This document shows, one piece after another, positions 1 to 8,819 of a stretch of 64,000 nucleotides of DNA. Position numbers and translations under genes: made by a program. Position 1 is the first letter of the stretch. Each line of letters begins with the position of its first letter. The stretch is from assembly GCA_045538455.1 (NCBI GenBank), contig JAZSRL010000009.1, positions 78,875 through 142,874 of the forward strand. The letters are read 5' to 3'. The notes below the pieces were generated by a model, which was given only the letters and a program-made list of their open reading frames with translations, was not told where the DNA came from and searched no databases. Source of the DNA: Clostridia bacterium. Its GTDB lineage: Bacteria; Bacillota; Clostridia; Christensenellales; UBA1242.

Positions 1-541
1 CACGACAATAAGTACAAACCGCCACAACAGAACCTTTTTCAATCCCAGTGAAACAACAATCATAACTTTTTTTCGTTCCCCAGTTGATCGTTGGAATAAC
101 TTTTAAACCTTGACTCTGCCAATAAGCACCACACCAGCGGTTTTTAAAAGTGCTATACATTTGTAAAATCAGTGGCATATCTTTATAGGTAGAAAATTCC
201 GGTGTCAATATGGCGTAATATTGTTTTAATTTTTCCAAAACGCTTTCTGGTTTGTTATATACGCTTTCAAACAACCAGTCATAAGTAAAAAAGTGAATCG
301 TTTTATGTTGATTATCTTCATCGTTTAATTTGGCTTTGTTCCAGCACCATAAATCTATACAATCTAAATCAATATCTTGTTTTTTTATGATTGGTAAACC
401 ATATTTTTCTTCTAATTGAAATTCGTTCCGCACAATTCGTTGTTTTTTCTGTCGTTTTTCTTGTTGGTAGTTTTCACTGCTTTCATCTGTTTCGGATTGC
501 AGCGTAAAATATAGTTCCTTGAACTTTTCGGTATCTTTCAT
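1..541 (-). CDS. DUF4417-like protein (C-terminus runs off the window edge)
   Basis: Own translation of the minus strand from ATG (541-539, AAGGAG upstream) stays open to position 1: MKDTEKFKELYF...HFFTYDWLFESVYNKPE...LTPEFSTYKDMP...NRWCGAYWQSQGLKVIPTINWG. This matches my recollection of the DUF4417 pattern. It is absent from the ORF track because it is truncated. Confidence 0.6.
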   Translation of the reverse strand, partial: MKDTEKFKELYFTLQSETDESSENYQQEKRQKKQRIVRNEFQLEEKYGLPIIKKQDIDLDCIDLWCWNKAKLNDEDNQHKTIHFFTYDWLFESVYNKPESVLEKLKQYYAILTPEFSTYKDMPLILQMYSTFKNRWCGAYWQSQGLKVIPTINWGTKKSYDCCFTGIEKGSVVAVCTYCR

Positions 542-556
542 TTTTAACTCCTTAAT

Positions 557-1030
557 TTAATTAGCCCAATCAACATCTTTGACTTGTGGCCATAAGTCCT
601 TTAATAACACGCCATTAAGATTAGCTTTGGCAGTAAATTCTTCAATTGTAGAATATTTACAAACAATATTTCCATTCCAAAAATAAATATAAACACTATC
701 CCAATCGCTACAAACGCCGTATTTGGTTCCCAAATAAAAAAACTGAATTTCGCCCCAATATTTAACCATCGCAATGAAATCGTCATAATCTGGGTTTAAT
801 GGTTGCCCTAACTGATAGTATTGTTTGGCTTTATTTAATGATATATGATTTGGCCAATCAATTTCATCGGGTTTAATTTTTCCACTATTTGTTTTATGCC
901 AACCACATTCACAAATACATCCTTCGCTATGTTCACCATTATTGTCAACTTGGTTACCGCTAATAGTAAAAATCATACGCCCACAAATTGGACATTTTTC
1001 AATTTCAATCTTTTCTTTTTTTTTGTTCAT
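557..1030 (-). CDS. hypothetical protein with N-terminal Cys-rich (zinc-ribbon-like) segment
   Basis: 157-aa ORF, 13 nt downstream of the 1044-1340 ORF on the same strand. Has CPICG...CICECGWH cysteines and a Trp/Tyr-rich C-terminal half. No family recognised. Confidence 0.5.
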   Translation of the reverse strand: MNKKKEKIEIEKCPICGRMIFTISGNQVDNNGEHSEGCICECGWHKTNSGKIKPDEIDWPNHISLNKAKQYYQLGQPLNPDYDDFIAMVKYWGEIQFFYLGTKYGVCSDWDSVYIYFWNGNIVCKYSTIEEFTAKANLNGVLLKDLWPQVKDVDWAN

Positions 1031-1043
1031 TTTCTACTCCTTT

Positions 1044-1340
1044 TTAACAAAATCTGCCCATTCTGTCTACTGGCATTTGAGGTGCCTTTGGACCATATTT
1101 TCCCATGTCATGATCATGTGGCACTTCGGGATGTTGTTTTGAATTACCATGGTCATCGTAATCTCGTCGATAAATTAAATTACCTAAATAATCAGTCCAA
1201 TATTGTCGAAACAAATTTCCAAGTTGATCAAAAATATCAAAACGAGCATTTGGATAATCTGGATTATTAATCTCCATTCCAAAGTGTCCATTCTTTGTTA
1301 TAGTGACAACCCCACCACTCGGCATACATGCGCCACCCAT
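1044..1340 (-). CDS. hypothetical small protein with His/Asp-rich C-terminus
   Basis: 98-aa ORF, first gene of a 3-gene minus-strand string. Contains HPEVPHDHDMGKYG. No family recognised. Confidence 0.4.
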   Translation of the reverse strand: MGGACMPSGGVVTITKNGHFGMEINNPDYPNARFDIFDQLGNLFRQYWTDYLGNLIYRRDYDDHGNSKQHPEVPHDHDMGKYGPKAPQMPVDRMGRFC

Positions 1341-1737
1341 TTTTACCTCCTTTTATTTTTGCATATAAAATTTCATTAGTATTATCTCAGGGTAACAAAG
1401 AATCTGAAATATTTGTCGTTTTACTGTCACGAAAATTCACGCACAAAAAACAGCTTAACCCAAAATTCGGAATAAGCCTAACTTTAGATATAGTCTTAGA
1501 ATTACATTGTGTTCATCAACTGTGTCGCATAGGCATAGTTTTATAAATAAAGTTCAAGTCGAATGGTATTGATGTTTTCTTTGTGTCTGTGATTTGTATA
1601 TGAAATTTGTGTAATTGTCGCATAAAATAGGGTTTGGCAAAAAGCCTGCGCGCCAACCCCATTAGTTGCCGTTTTTTAGATTTTTTATGAATATCAAAGC
1701 GAAAAAAGATAATTTTTTGCATTTAATAAAGATTTTT

Positions 1738-2106
1738 CTATAGTTCACGAGAAACATCATCTTTTGATTTTTGTTGTTCTAGTTCAATTAATGAATCTAA
1801 ATATTTAATTAATTCAAGAGCCTGTAAATAAATAATTTTACAATCTTTAGGTTCCCTTTTTACATATTCGGGTTTGCCATCCTTATTCTTCACCAAATTA
1901 TATCCAGTTCCTTGTAGTTCGCTATTAAGTAACATAACTCCGGTATGCCCACCGACACACGCATCTAGCGCGTCATCAAAAGTATCAGAAAGATTAGTTC
2001 CTCTTTTTTCGTTTCTTATAATATAAAACAAGCTATTTAAAAATTCCTTTACATTGTCTTTAGTTATTTCTTTGTCTTGTAACAATTTAACTTTATCTTT
2101 AATCAT
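1738..2106 (-). CDS. hypothetical protein
   Basis: 122-aa ORF in an AT-rich region with GGAG-type RBS (aaggagaaaaaaaaat before the ATG). No family recognised. Confidence 0.5.
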   Translation of the reverse strand: MIKDKVKLLQDKEITKDNVKEFLNSLFYIIRNEKRGTNLSDTFDDALDACVGGHTGVMLLNSELQGTGYNLVKNKDGKPEYVKREPKDCKIIYLQALELIKYLDSLIELEQQKSKDDVSREL

Positions 2107-2144
2107 ATTTTTTTTTCTCCTTAAAAAATAACTTAAGAAAAGTT

Positions 2145-2221
2145 TGGTGCACCGCGGGCGATTCGAACGCTCGACCTTCTGTTCCGTAGACAGACGCTCT
2201 ATCCAGCTGAGCTAGCGGTGC
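2145..2221 (-). tRNA. tRNA-Arg (anticodon ACG)
   Basis: Reverse complement folds as a cloverleaf: acceptor GCACCGC/GCGGTGC, anticodon stem TCTGT/ACAGA, loop CUACGGA, T-loop GTTCGAATC, encoded CCA. Confidence 0.95.
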
Positions 2222-2298
2222 GTTTTTCGTGAATAAAATTATTATAACATAGTACTTGACAAAAAGCTAGAAGTTTTTTAAAATGTTTTTTAGAACTT

Positions 2299-2375
2299 GG
2301 GGGTGTAGCTCAGCTGGTCGGAGCACCTGCCCTGCAAGCAGGGGGTCAGCGGTTCGAATCCGCTCACCTCCACCA
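2299..2375 (+). tRNA. tRNA-Ala (anticodon UGC) with unusual C32-C33 anticodon loop
   Basis: Acceptor GGGGGTG/CACCTCC gives the G3:U70 alanine identity pair, with A73 and an encoded CCA. Anticodon stem is CCTGC/GCAGG and the loop reads CCUGCAA. Confidence 0.85.
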
Positions 2376-2387
2376 TGGTTCAAAAAG

Positions 2388-2417
2388 TCCTCATCTGTTG
2401 TGGTGGGGATTTTTTTT
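2388..2417 (+). terminator. rho-independent terminator after tRNA-Ala
   Basis: TCCTCATC / GGTGGGGA stem (2 G:U pairs) followed by T8. Confidence 0.6.
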
Positions 2418-2483
2418 GTCTTTTCACTCTTTACATATTTTTTTGCGTTCGACGCATAATAGTTTTAGGGAGGGAATGCTATT

Positions 2484-2699
2484 ATGATTATCGCAAACAT
2501 TATTAGTTTAATTGTGTTGTTTATCGGCGGATTAAACTGGGGGTTGGTCGGTATCTTTCGCTTTAATTTAGTGGAATGGATTTTTGGTGGATATAACGCC
2601 GGCTCCATTATTATCTATATTTTAGTGTTGCTGGCTACTCTGTGGTTGATTTGTAGCGTGATTTGGCGCGGTGCGATTTACATTAAGCGCAAATATTAA
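2484..2699 (+). CDS. DUF378 family small membrane protein
   Basis: 71 aa, IGGLNWGLVGIFRFNLVEWIFG signature, two TM helices, AGGGAGG RBS upstream. Confidence 0.85.
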   Translation: MIIANIISLIVLFIGGLNWGLVGIFRFNLVEWIFGGYNAGSIIIYILVLLATLWLICSVIWRGAIYIKRKY

Positions 2700-2726
2700 G
2701 TTTAAAAGTTTTGCATGAACAAAAAA

Positions 2727-2756
2727 GTCTTCATCGCTTGGTGAAGATTTTTTTTT
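2727..2756 (+). terminator. rho-independent terminator
   Basis: TCTTCA-N8-TGAAGA stem followed by T9. Confidence 0.7.
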
Positions 2757-2771
2757 GATGAAATTCGGGCA

Positions 2772-2805
2772 AAATTGTTGACATAACAACAATTTATGGT
2801 AAGCT
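2772..2805 (+). promoter_or_regulatory. marR promoter with overlapping perfect inverted repeat (candidate MarR operator)
   Basis: AAATTGTTG-N6-CAACAATTT (2772-2795) overlaps TTGACA (2778-2783). A weak -10, TAAGCT, follows after a 16-nt spacer. Confidence 0.55.
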
Positions 2806-2821
2806 GAATTTAGGTAAAATT

Positions 2822-3280
2822 ATGGAAGAAAGGTATCAAACTTTTACAGGATTAATTTTAAACATTTCGCGTTGTATTCAAAAAATCAAGAATTGCGAAG
2901 TTGAAGAGCTAGGTTTAAAAGGCAAGCAAGTACAGTGTTTGTTTTTTTTACACAAACTGGAAGATGGTGTTAGTTTAACCGAACTTTGTGATTTATGTGA
3001 TGAAGATAAAGGTGCAATGTCGCGAACTGTTAAAGAATTGATAGAAAAAGGTTTGGTTTATGTGGACGAAAAGAGTACGCAAAAATACCGAAATCCAATT
3101 AAATTGACTGTGCAAGGTCAAAAAGATGCAGCCATTATTTATCATAAAATAAACAACATGATAAGTATGGGAGGTAATGGAATTTCGGATACCGACCGTG
3201 AAGTTTTTTACAAAGCATTAACAAAAATTTCGGATAATTTAACCGCAATTTGTGAAAATTATGGAGGAAAAAATGATTAA
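2822..3280 (+). CDS. MarR family transcriptional regulator
   Basis: 152 aa with a winged-helix region: LTELCDLCDEDKGAMSRTVKELIEKGLVYVDE. Confidence 0.8.
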   Translation: MEERYQTFTGLILNISRCIQKIKNCEVEELGLKGKQVQCLFFLHKLEDGVSLTELCDLCDEDKGAMSRTVKELIEKGLVYVDEKSTQKYRNPIKLTVQGQKDAAIIYHKINNMISMGGNGISDTDREVFYKALTKISDNLTAICENYGGKND

Positions 3281-4127
3281 AATTTTGATTGATAGTGCTT
3301 CGGATATTACGGAGGAAGAGGCAAGACAAAAAGGAATCCACATGATTCCGTTGGAAGTGCGTTTTGGTGAAGATGTATATTTAGACGGTGTTAATTTGTT
3401 GCCGCAAGAATTTTTAAATAAGTTAATTGAAAGTAATGAATTACCAAAAACTAGCCAAATTAACGAATTTCGTTGGACAGAACAATTTGAAAAATTAACG
3501 GCGAATGGGGACCAAGTAATTGCCATTACCATTTCTTCTAAATTATCGGGAACTTACAATAGTGCGAAAGCGGCTGCGAAAAAATTTCCAGGTCAAGTTT
3601 TTGTGGTCGATAGTTTGACGGCAGCGACTGGTGAACGCGTTTTATGTGACTATGCCCTACGCTTGGTTGCGGAAGGTAAGACTGCGGAAGTGATACATCA
3701 AGAACTAGAAACAATTAAACATAAAGTGCAAGTGATTGCGGTTGTTGATACTTTAAAATATTTACGCAAAGGCGGACGCATTTCGACTTTAACGGCTTTT
3801 GCAGGTGAATTATTGTCCATTAAACCAGTAATTTCAGTTACGAATGGTGAAGTGAAGATGGTCGGTAAAGCCATGGGTAGCAAAAAAAGCAACAATTTAT
3901 TGATGCAGTTAGTACAAAAATGTGGCGGTATTGATTTTAATATGCCTTATGGTGTGATCTTTTCGGGTTATCGTGATGAGTATTTACGCAAGTATTTGGA
4001 AGATAGTGCGGTATTGTGGCAAGAACATGTGGCTAGCATGAAAGAGATTCCTGTTTATATGTATGGTAGTACGATTGGTACCCATGTGGGACCCAATGCT
4101 TTGGGCGTAGCGTTCTTTGCAAAATAA
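3273..4127 (+). CDS. DegV family (fatty-acid-binding, FakB-like) protein
   Basis: MIKILIDSASDI... and later LKYLRKGGRIS are typical DegV. I chose ATG 3273 (GGAGG 7 nt upstream), which overlaps the marR stop. Confidence 0.85.
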   Translation: MIKILIDSASDITEEEARQKGIHMIPLEVRFGEDVYLDGVNLLPQEFLNKLIESNELPKTSQINEFRWTEQFEKLTANGDQVIAITISSKLSGTYNSAKAAAKKFPGQVFVVDSLTAATGERVLCDYALRLVAEGKTAEVIHQELETIKHKVQVIAVVDTLKYLRKGGRISTLTAFAGELLSIKPVISVTNGEVKMVGKAMGSKKSNNLLMQLVQKCGGIDFNMPYGVIFSGYRDEYLRKYLEDSAVLWQEHVASMKEIPVYMYGSTIGTHVGPNALGVAFFAK

Positions 4128-4154
4128 AAATACACAACAGATAAGGAGAGAAAA

Positions 4155-5075
4155 ATGAAAATTGGGATACCCCGTGCGTTACTTTATTATAAGTACGAAA
4201 AGTTTTGGACAACTTTTTTTGACCAAGCTGGTATTGATTATGTTATTAGTCCGGTTACCACGAAAGACATTGTCACGCGTGGTGAAAATTTGGCGATTGA
4301 CGAAGCTTGTTTGCCGACCAAAATTTTGTTGGGTCACATTGATTGGTTAATTGGTAAATGCGACTATATTTTTGTGCCGCGTGTAGAGTTTGCTTATCGA
4401 GCGCAAATGTGTACCAAGTTTTTGGCGCAAATTGACTTAGTGCGCAATACTTTCCGCGACCAAAATATTCAGTTATTATTTTATAATTGTTTTAAAAAAG
4501 GACCACGCGCCGAGTATAATGCTTTCAAAAAAATGGGCAAGTTTTTGGGGTTGAAAAATGCCGTAATTAAAGATGCTTATACCAAAGCACGACAAGCGCA
4601 ACAGTACTTTGAAATGTTCCGTAGTCAAGCACAAGTCCAAACTTTACGCGAAACCACGAAAAATAAAGTTTTGGTAGTTTCTCATGCTTATAATATCGGT
4701 GATAAGTTTGTTGGGGAACCCATTTTGCGTGCTTTGCGTCAATTAAACTGTGAACCCATTATTGCGGAATACTTTGATGCTTATGAATGTATGCACCATG
4801 TGCAAGAAATTAGCAAGACACTACCCTGGGGGTACAACAAACATTTGGTGGGTGCGATTGCAAAATACCGCAATGAGGTTGATGGGATTGTAATTTTGAC
4901 TACCTTCCCTTGCGGGCCGGATAGTATGGTCAACGAAATAATTACCCGCAAAGTTAAAGAGATTCCAATCTTAGTTTTAACCATGGACACACAAGACGGA
5001 ACAGCTGGATTGGAAACGCGCTTGGAAAGTTATGTTGATATTTTGAATTTCAAAAAGGAGCATGCAAATGAGTAA
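4155..5075 (+). CDS. DUF2229-type protein (acyl-CoA dehydratase activase-related module)
   Basis: IGIPRALLYYKYEKFWTTFFDQAGIDYVISPVTTKDIVTRGENLAIDEACLPTKILLGH matches the DUF2229 N-terminal signature. Also has FPCGPDS. AAGGAG RBS. Confidence 0.7.
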   Translation: MKIGIPRALLYYKYEKFWTTFFDQAGIDYVISPVTTKDIVTRGENLAIDEACLPTKILLGHIDWLIGKCDYIFVPRVEFAYRAQMCTKFLAQIDLVRNTFRDQNIQLLFYNCFKKGPRAEYNAFKKMGKFLGLKNAVIKDAYTKARQAQQYFEMFRSQAQVQTLRETTKNKVLVVSHAYNIGDKFVGEPILRALRQLNCEPIIAEYFDAYECMHHVQEISKTLPWGYNKHLVGAIAKYRNEVDGIVILTTFPCGPDSMVNEIITRKVKEIPILVLTMDTQDGTAGLETRLESYVDILNFKKEHANE

Positions 5076-6159
5076 AGTGAACGAAGAAATTGTAGCTTGT
5101 TTCCCGCAATTGGGTAATTATTCGCACGCGTTTAAGTTCTTAATTGAGCGTGGTTTTGGCGTAAAATATATGACGCCACCGCCGATTACACGCCGTACTC
5201 TTGAATTAGGTAGTCGACACAGTCCAGATTATGTTTGTGTTCCGTTTAAATATTGCCTAGGTTGTTATTTGGAAGCTTTGGAACAAGGTGCGAACTGTTT
5301 GATGCAGATTTTCGGGGCTTGTCGTTTGAACTATTACGGTGAATTAGCGGAACAAATCTTGCGCGATTTGGGATACCAGTTCGAATTTATGAATATGGCG
5401 GAAATTAAGTGGACTTCCCCGCGTTCGATTGTCGAACATATGCGCAAAATTAATCCGAATGTGTCAATTGCTAAGGTAGTTGCCGCCCTTCCAACCATGG
5501 TTAATATGATTAAGTTGATTGACCAATTTGATGATTTTCTTCGTCATAATATTGGTTTTGAAGTTAATGAAGGTGATTTTGAAAACTTGGCGAAGGAATT
5601 TTATGCTTCCTTATATAATATCCAGTCGGGAAAGCAATTAAAACGCATAAAAAAAGACTATCTGCACCGTTTGAAAAAAATTCCCGTCAACAAACCAGCA
5701 AAAACTTTGAAAGTTGGTATGGTTGGTGATTACTATACAGTGCAAGAACCGTTTAGTAATTACTATATGGAAAAAGAGTTGGCGGCTATGGGTATGGAAG
5801 TTTATCGCGATATGAATTTGACGAATACTTTGATTCACAACCAATGGAAAAAGCGTCATCGTTACGCGAAGAAATACGCGAAGTTTAATCCAGGTGCAAC
5901 CGCAACTTTTACCATTGCCGAAGCGTTGTCTTATGTGAAGCAAGGTATGGACGGTGTAATTCAGGTGAAATCATTTGGGTGTACGCCGGAAGTGGATGCG
6001 ATGCCGATTTTGCAAAACATCAGTAATGATTACCGTATTCCGATTTTAAATTTCAGTTTTGATTCGCAAACCAGTGAAACGGGGATTAAAACACGGTTAG
6101 AAGCATTTTATGATATGGTTATAGCTCGCAAAAACACAGGAAAAGGAGAAAAAGCATGA
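5068..6159 (+). CDS. 2-hydroxyacyl-CoA dehydratase / BcrC-HgdB-like family protein
   Basis: Cys-rich motifs SPDYVCVPFKYCLGCY and KSFGCTPE. ATG 5068 is 7 nt after GGAG and overlaps the upstream stop. ATGA overlap with the next gene. Confidence 0.6.
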   Translation: MSKVNEEIVACFPQLGNYSHAFKFLIERGFGVKYMTPPPITRRTLELGSRHSPDYVCVPFKYCLGCYLEALEQGANCLMQIFGACRLNYYGELAEQILRDLGYQFEFMNMAEIKWTSPRSIVEHMRKINPNVSIAKVVAALPTMVNMIKLIDQFDDFLRHNIGFEVNEGDFENLAKEFYASLYNIQSGKQLKRIKKDYLHRLKKIPVNKPAKTLKVGMVGDYYTVQEPFSNYYMEKELAAMGMEVYRDMNLTNTLIHNQWKKRHRYAKKYAKFNPGATATFTIAEALSYVKQGMDGVIQVKSFGCTPEVDAMPILQNISNDYRIPILNFSFDSQTSETGIKTRLEAFYDMVIARKNTGKGEKA

Positions 6160-7112
6160 AAAAAGGATACATAGGAATTGATATTGGGTCGATTTCGACC
6201 AAGGGTGTGGTGGTAGATGAAAAAAACACCATTATTGCCAGCGATTATTTATGGACAGAAGGCGATCCGATGAATGCGGTTAAGCGTTTGTTAAAATCTT
6301 TGGAAAAACAAATCAAAGGGAAAGACATCAAAGTGGTCGCAGTGGGTACGACTGGAAGTGCGCGTAAATTAATTGGTGCGGTAACGAATGCCAGCGTGGT
6401 GAAAAATGAAATTACGGCACACGCAATTGGAACCACTACTCTGTATCCAGGGGTCAATACAATTTTTGAAATTGGTGGCCAAGATAGTAAAATTATCATT
6501 ATTGAAAATGGCTATGTTGTGGATTACGCGATGAATACTTTGTGTGCCGCGGGTACGGGTTCATTTTTAAGCAGTCAAGCGCATCGTTTAGGTGTTTCGG
6601 TGGAAGATTTTGGTTCGATTGCGTTGACCAGTAAGCAACCGACGAACATTGCGGCGCGTTGTACTGTTTTTGCCGAAAGTGATTTGGTCCATAAAGCGCA
6701 AATGGGTCACAAAAAAGAAGACATCATTGCGGGTTTATGTAAAGCAGTGGTAACTAACTATTTAAATAATGTGGGTAAAGGCAAACGCATCAAAGCACCG
6801 ATTGTTTTCCAAGGTGGTGTCAGCAAAAATATTGGTGTGAAAAAAGCTTTTGAAGACGCGGTTGGTTGCGAAGTTACGGTGGATGCGAATGGTCATTTGA
6901 TGGGGGCCTTCGGTGTGGCTATTTTAGCGAAGAAATCGGGAATTGAACGCGACTTTGATTTTAATATTACTGCGCTGGATTTCAAGACCAAAGGGTTTGA
7001 ATGTCCGAAATGTGCGAACCATTGTGAAATTATGTGTGTTTATCGTGATAATAAGTTGATTGATTCTTGGGGAAACAAGTGCGATAACGGCGCAATTCGT
7101 GTTAATAACTAA
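6156..7112 (+). CDS. BadF/BadG/BcrA/BcrD-type ATPase (HgdC-like activase)
   Basis: GIDIGSISTKGVVVD, EIGGQDSK and CAAGTGSFL are ASKHA/activase motifs. C-terminal CPKCANHCE cysteines. Confidence 0.8.
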   Translation: MKKGYIGIDIGSISTKGVVVDEKNTIIASDYLWTEGDPMNAVKRLLKSLEKQIKGKDIKVVAVGTTGSARKLIGAVTNASVVKNEITAHAIGTTTLYPGVNTIFEIGGQDSKIIIIENGYVVDYAMNTLCAAGTGSFLSSQAHRLGVSVEDFGSIALTSKQPTNIAARCTVFAESDLVHKAQMGHKKEDIIAGLCKAVVTNYLNNVGKGKRIKAPIVFQGGVSKNIGVKKAFEDAVGCEVTVDANGHLMGAFGVAILAKKSGIERDFDFNITALDFKTKGFECPKCANHCEIMCVYRDNKLIDSWGNKCDNGAIRVNN

Positions 7113-7167
7113 GGATTGGCGTGATTTTTGCTAGCATATTTAGTGTAATTCATGCTATGTTTAAAAT

Positions 7168-8001
7168 ATGATTAGATTAATTGTAGACTGTACCTGTGAA
7201 ATTGGGACAGCCGAAGCCGCAAAAATGGGAATTATCTCGATGCCGATGCGCATGATGATTGATGATAAGGAATACTTGGCGGGTGAAAATTTAGACAATG
7301 ACACTTTTTACGATTTATTGCCGAAAGCCAAAGCTGCACCCAAAACCATGCAAATTAATGCGCATGATTATGTGCAAGTAATCAAACCTTTGTTAGATGC
7401 CGGTGACCAAGTTTTTGTGATGTCGGTTTCCAGTGGTTTGTCGGGAACTTTTAACAGTTTAACGCAAGCTGCCGCCGAGTTGAACTCCCCTAATTTAGTG
7501 ATTTTTGATTCGCAAACATTTACTTTGGCTTATTACGCGTTGGTAATGGAAGCTAAAAAATTAATTGATGCTGGTGTGACTTTGGACGAGTTGACCACTA
7601 CCCTAGAAAAATTACGCGAACGCGTGCGCATTTATTTTATTGCCGATACGACCAAATATTTGGTAAAAGGTGGACGCATCAGTTTTATGAAAGGGTTGTT
7701 GGCGGATACATTACATTTAAAACCAATCATTGGTGTGGTGAATAAAAAGCTGCAAATGGTTGGCAAAGGGATTGGTTATAATTTAGCGAAACGGCAGATG
7801 ATGCGATTTACGCAAAATGTCGATACTTCGATGCCAATTTATTATGGTCACATTCACAACAGCGCGAAAGCCGAGGATTTCAAGCAAATTTTCAAATTTG
7901 ATTTTACGGAAAAACGCGAAATTGGTCCAATTGTCGGTGCACATGGTGGTCCAAACTGCGTGGGATTAGCTTTCTTTGAAAAAATTGACGATCAAAAGTA
8001 A
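7168..8001 (+). CDS. DegV family protein (second copy)
   Basis: MIRLIVDCTCEI... and TKYLVKGGRIS, 277 aa. Confidence 0.85.
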   Translation: MIRLIVDCTCEIGTAEAAKMGIISMPMRMMIDDKEYLAGENLDNDTFYDLLPKAKAAPKTMQINAHDYVQVIKPLLDAGDQVFVMSVSSGLSGTFNSLTQAAAELNSPNLVIFDSQTFTLAYYALVMEAKKLIDAGVTLDELTTTLEKLRERVRIYFIADTTKYLVKGGRISFMKGLLADTLHLKPIIGVVNKKLQMVGKGIGYNLAKRQMMRFTQNVDTSMPIYYGHIHNSAKAEDFKQIFKFDFTEKREIGPIVGAHGGPNCVGLAFFEKIDDQK

Positions 8002-8817
8002 TTATTTTTGACAATGTTCGCAAAAAACCGAACTGCGTTGTCCGATGCGGGTGCCTTGCAAGGGGTGTCCGCATTTTTGGCATGGTTGGCCTTTGCGTCC
8101 GTAGACGGCGCGGTGTGTGTCTTTTTGGTAGCTGGTGCCTTTGGTTTGATGGTAAACATCAAATGGCACGCGGTGAATTTGGATAAATTCTTGGATTACC
8201 GCGGGAATTGCGGTGGTCAGGCGTTGGATTTCGCTGTCGGTAAGACTGTTACCGCGGCGAGTTGGTCGGATTTGCGTGCGGAAACAAATTTCATCAGCGT
8301 AAATATTGCCGATGCCGGCGACAATATGTTGGTCTAAAAGTAAAGTTTTTAAGGCGGTTTGTCTTTTGGTTAGTTTTTCTTTGAGATATGCGAAAGTAAT
8401 TTGGTCGGGTTCGGGACCGAGTAGTAATTGTCCACTGCTGTCGCTTTGCCCGGCATCGAAATACCACCAATGACCAAAACCGCGGGAGTCAATAAAGCGC
8501 AGTTGTTGTTGATTGGCAAAAGTTAAAATCACATGAGTGTGTTTATCTAAGACAGTTCCCTTGTCTTCGATAGTTAAAGTGCCGGTCATACGAAAATGAA
8601 TCACAATGAAAGCCGCGTTGTCGAGATGTAAAGTTAAAAATTTACCGCGGCGGGTAAAATGGGTAATTGTTCGCTGTTTGGTTTTGGTAATAAAGTCTTG
8701 GCTGTTAATATTGGCTAAGACTTTGGGAAGACTAATTGTTGTATCGGTAATTTTTTGACCCACTACATATGGTAGTAAGACAGTGCGTACGGTTTCGACT
8801 TCGGGTAATTCGGGCAT
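8002..8817 (-). CDS. mutM: formamidopyrimidine-DNA glycosylase
   Basis: MPELPEVETVR N-terminus and a C-terminal CxxC...CxxC zinc finger. Confidence 0.95.
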   Translation of the reverse strand: MPELPEVETVRTVLLPYVVGQKITDTTISLPKVLANINSQDFITKTKQRTITHFTRRGKFLTLHLDNAAFIVIHFRMTGTLTIEDKGTVLDKHTHVILTFANQQQLRFIDSRGFGHWWYFDAGQSDSSGQLLLGPEPDQITFAYLKEKLTKRQTALKTLLLDQHIVAGIGNIYADEICFRTQIRPTRRGNSLTDSEIQRLTTAIPAVIQEFIQIHRVPFDVYHQTKGTSYQKDTHRAVYGRKGQPCQKCGHPLQGTRIGQRSSVFCEHCQK

Positions 8818-8819
8818 GA

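Noticed and set aside
1341-1737. The ~400-nt gap with two small track ORFs (1328-1546 plus strand, 1516-1722 minus strand) could hold an ncRNA or small-protein gene.
   Set aside because: I could identify no convincing RBS, conserved structure, promoter/terminator pair or family resemblance by eye. It is left unannotated.
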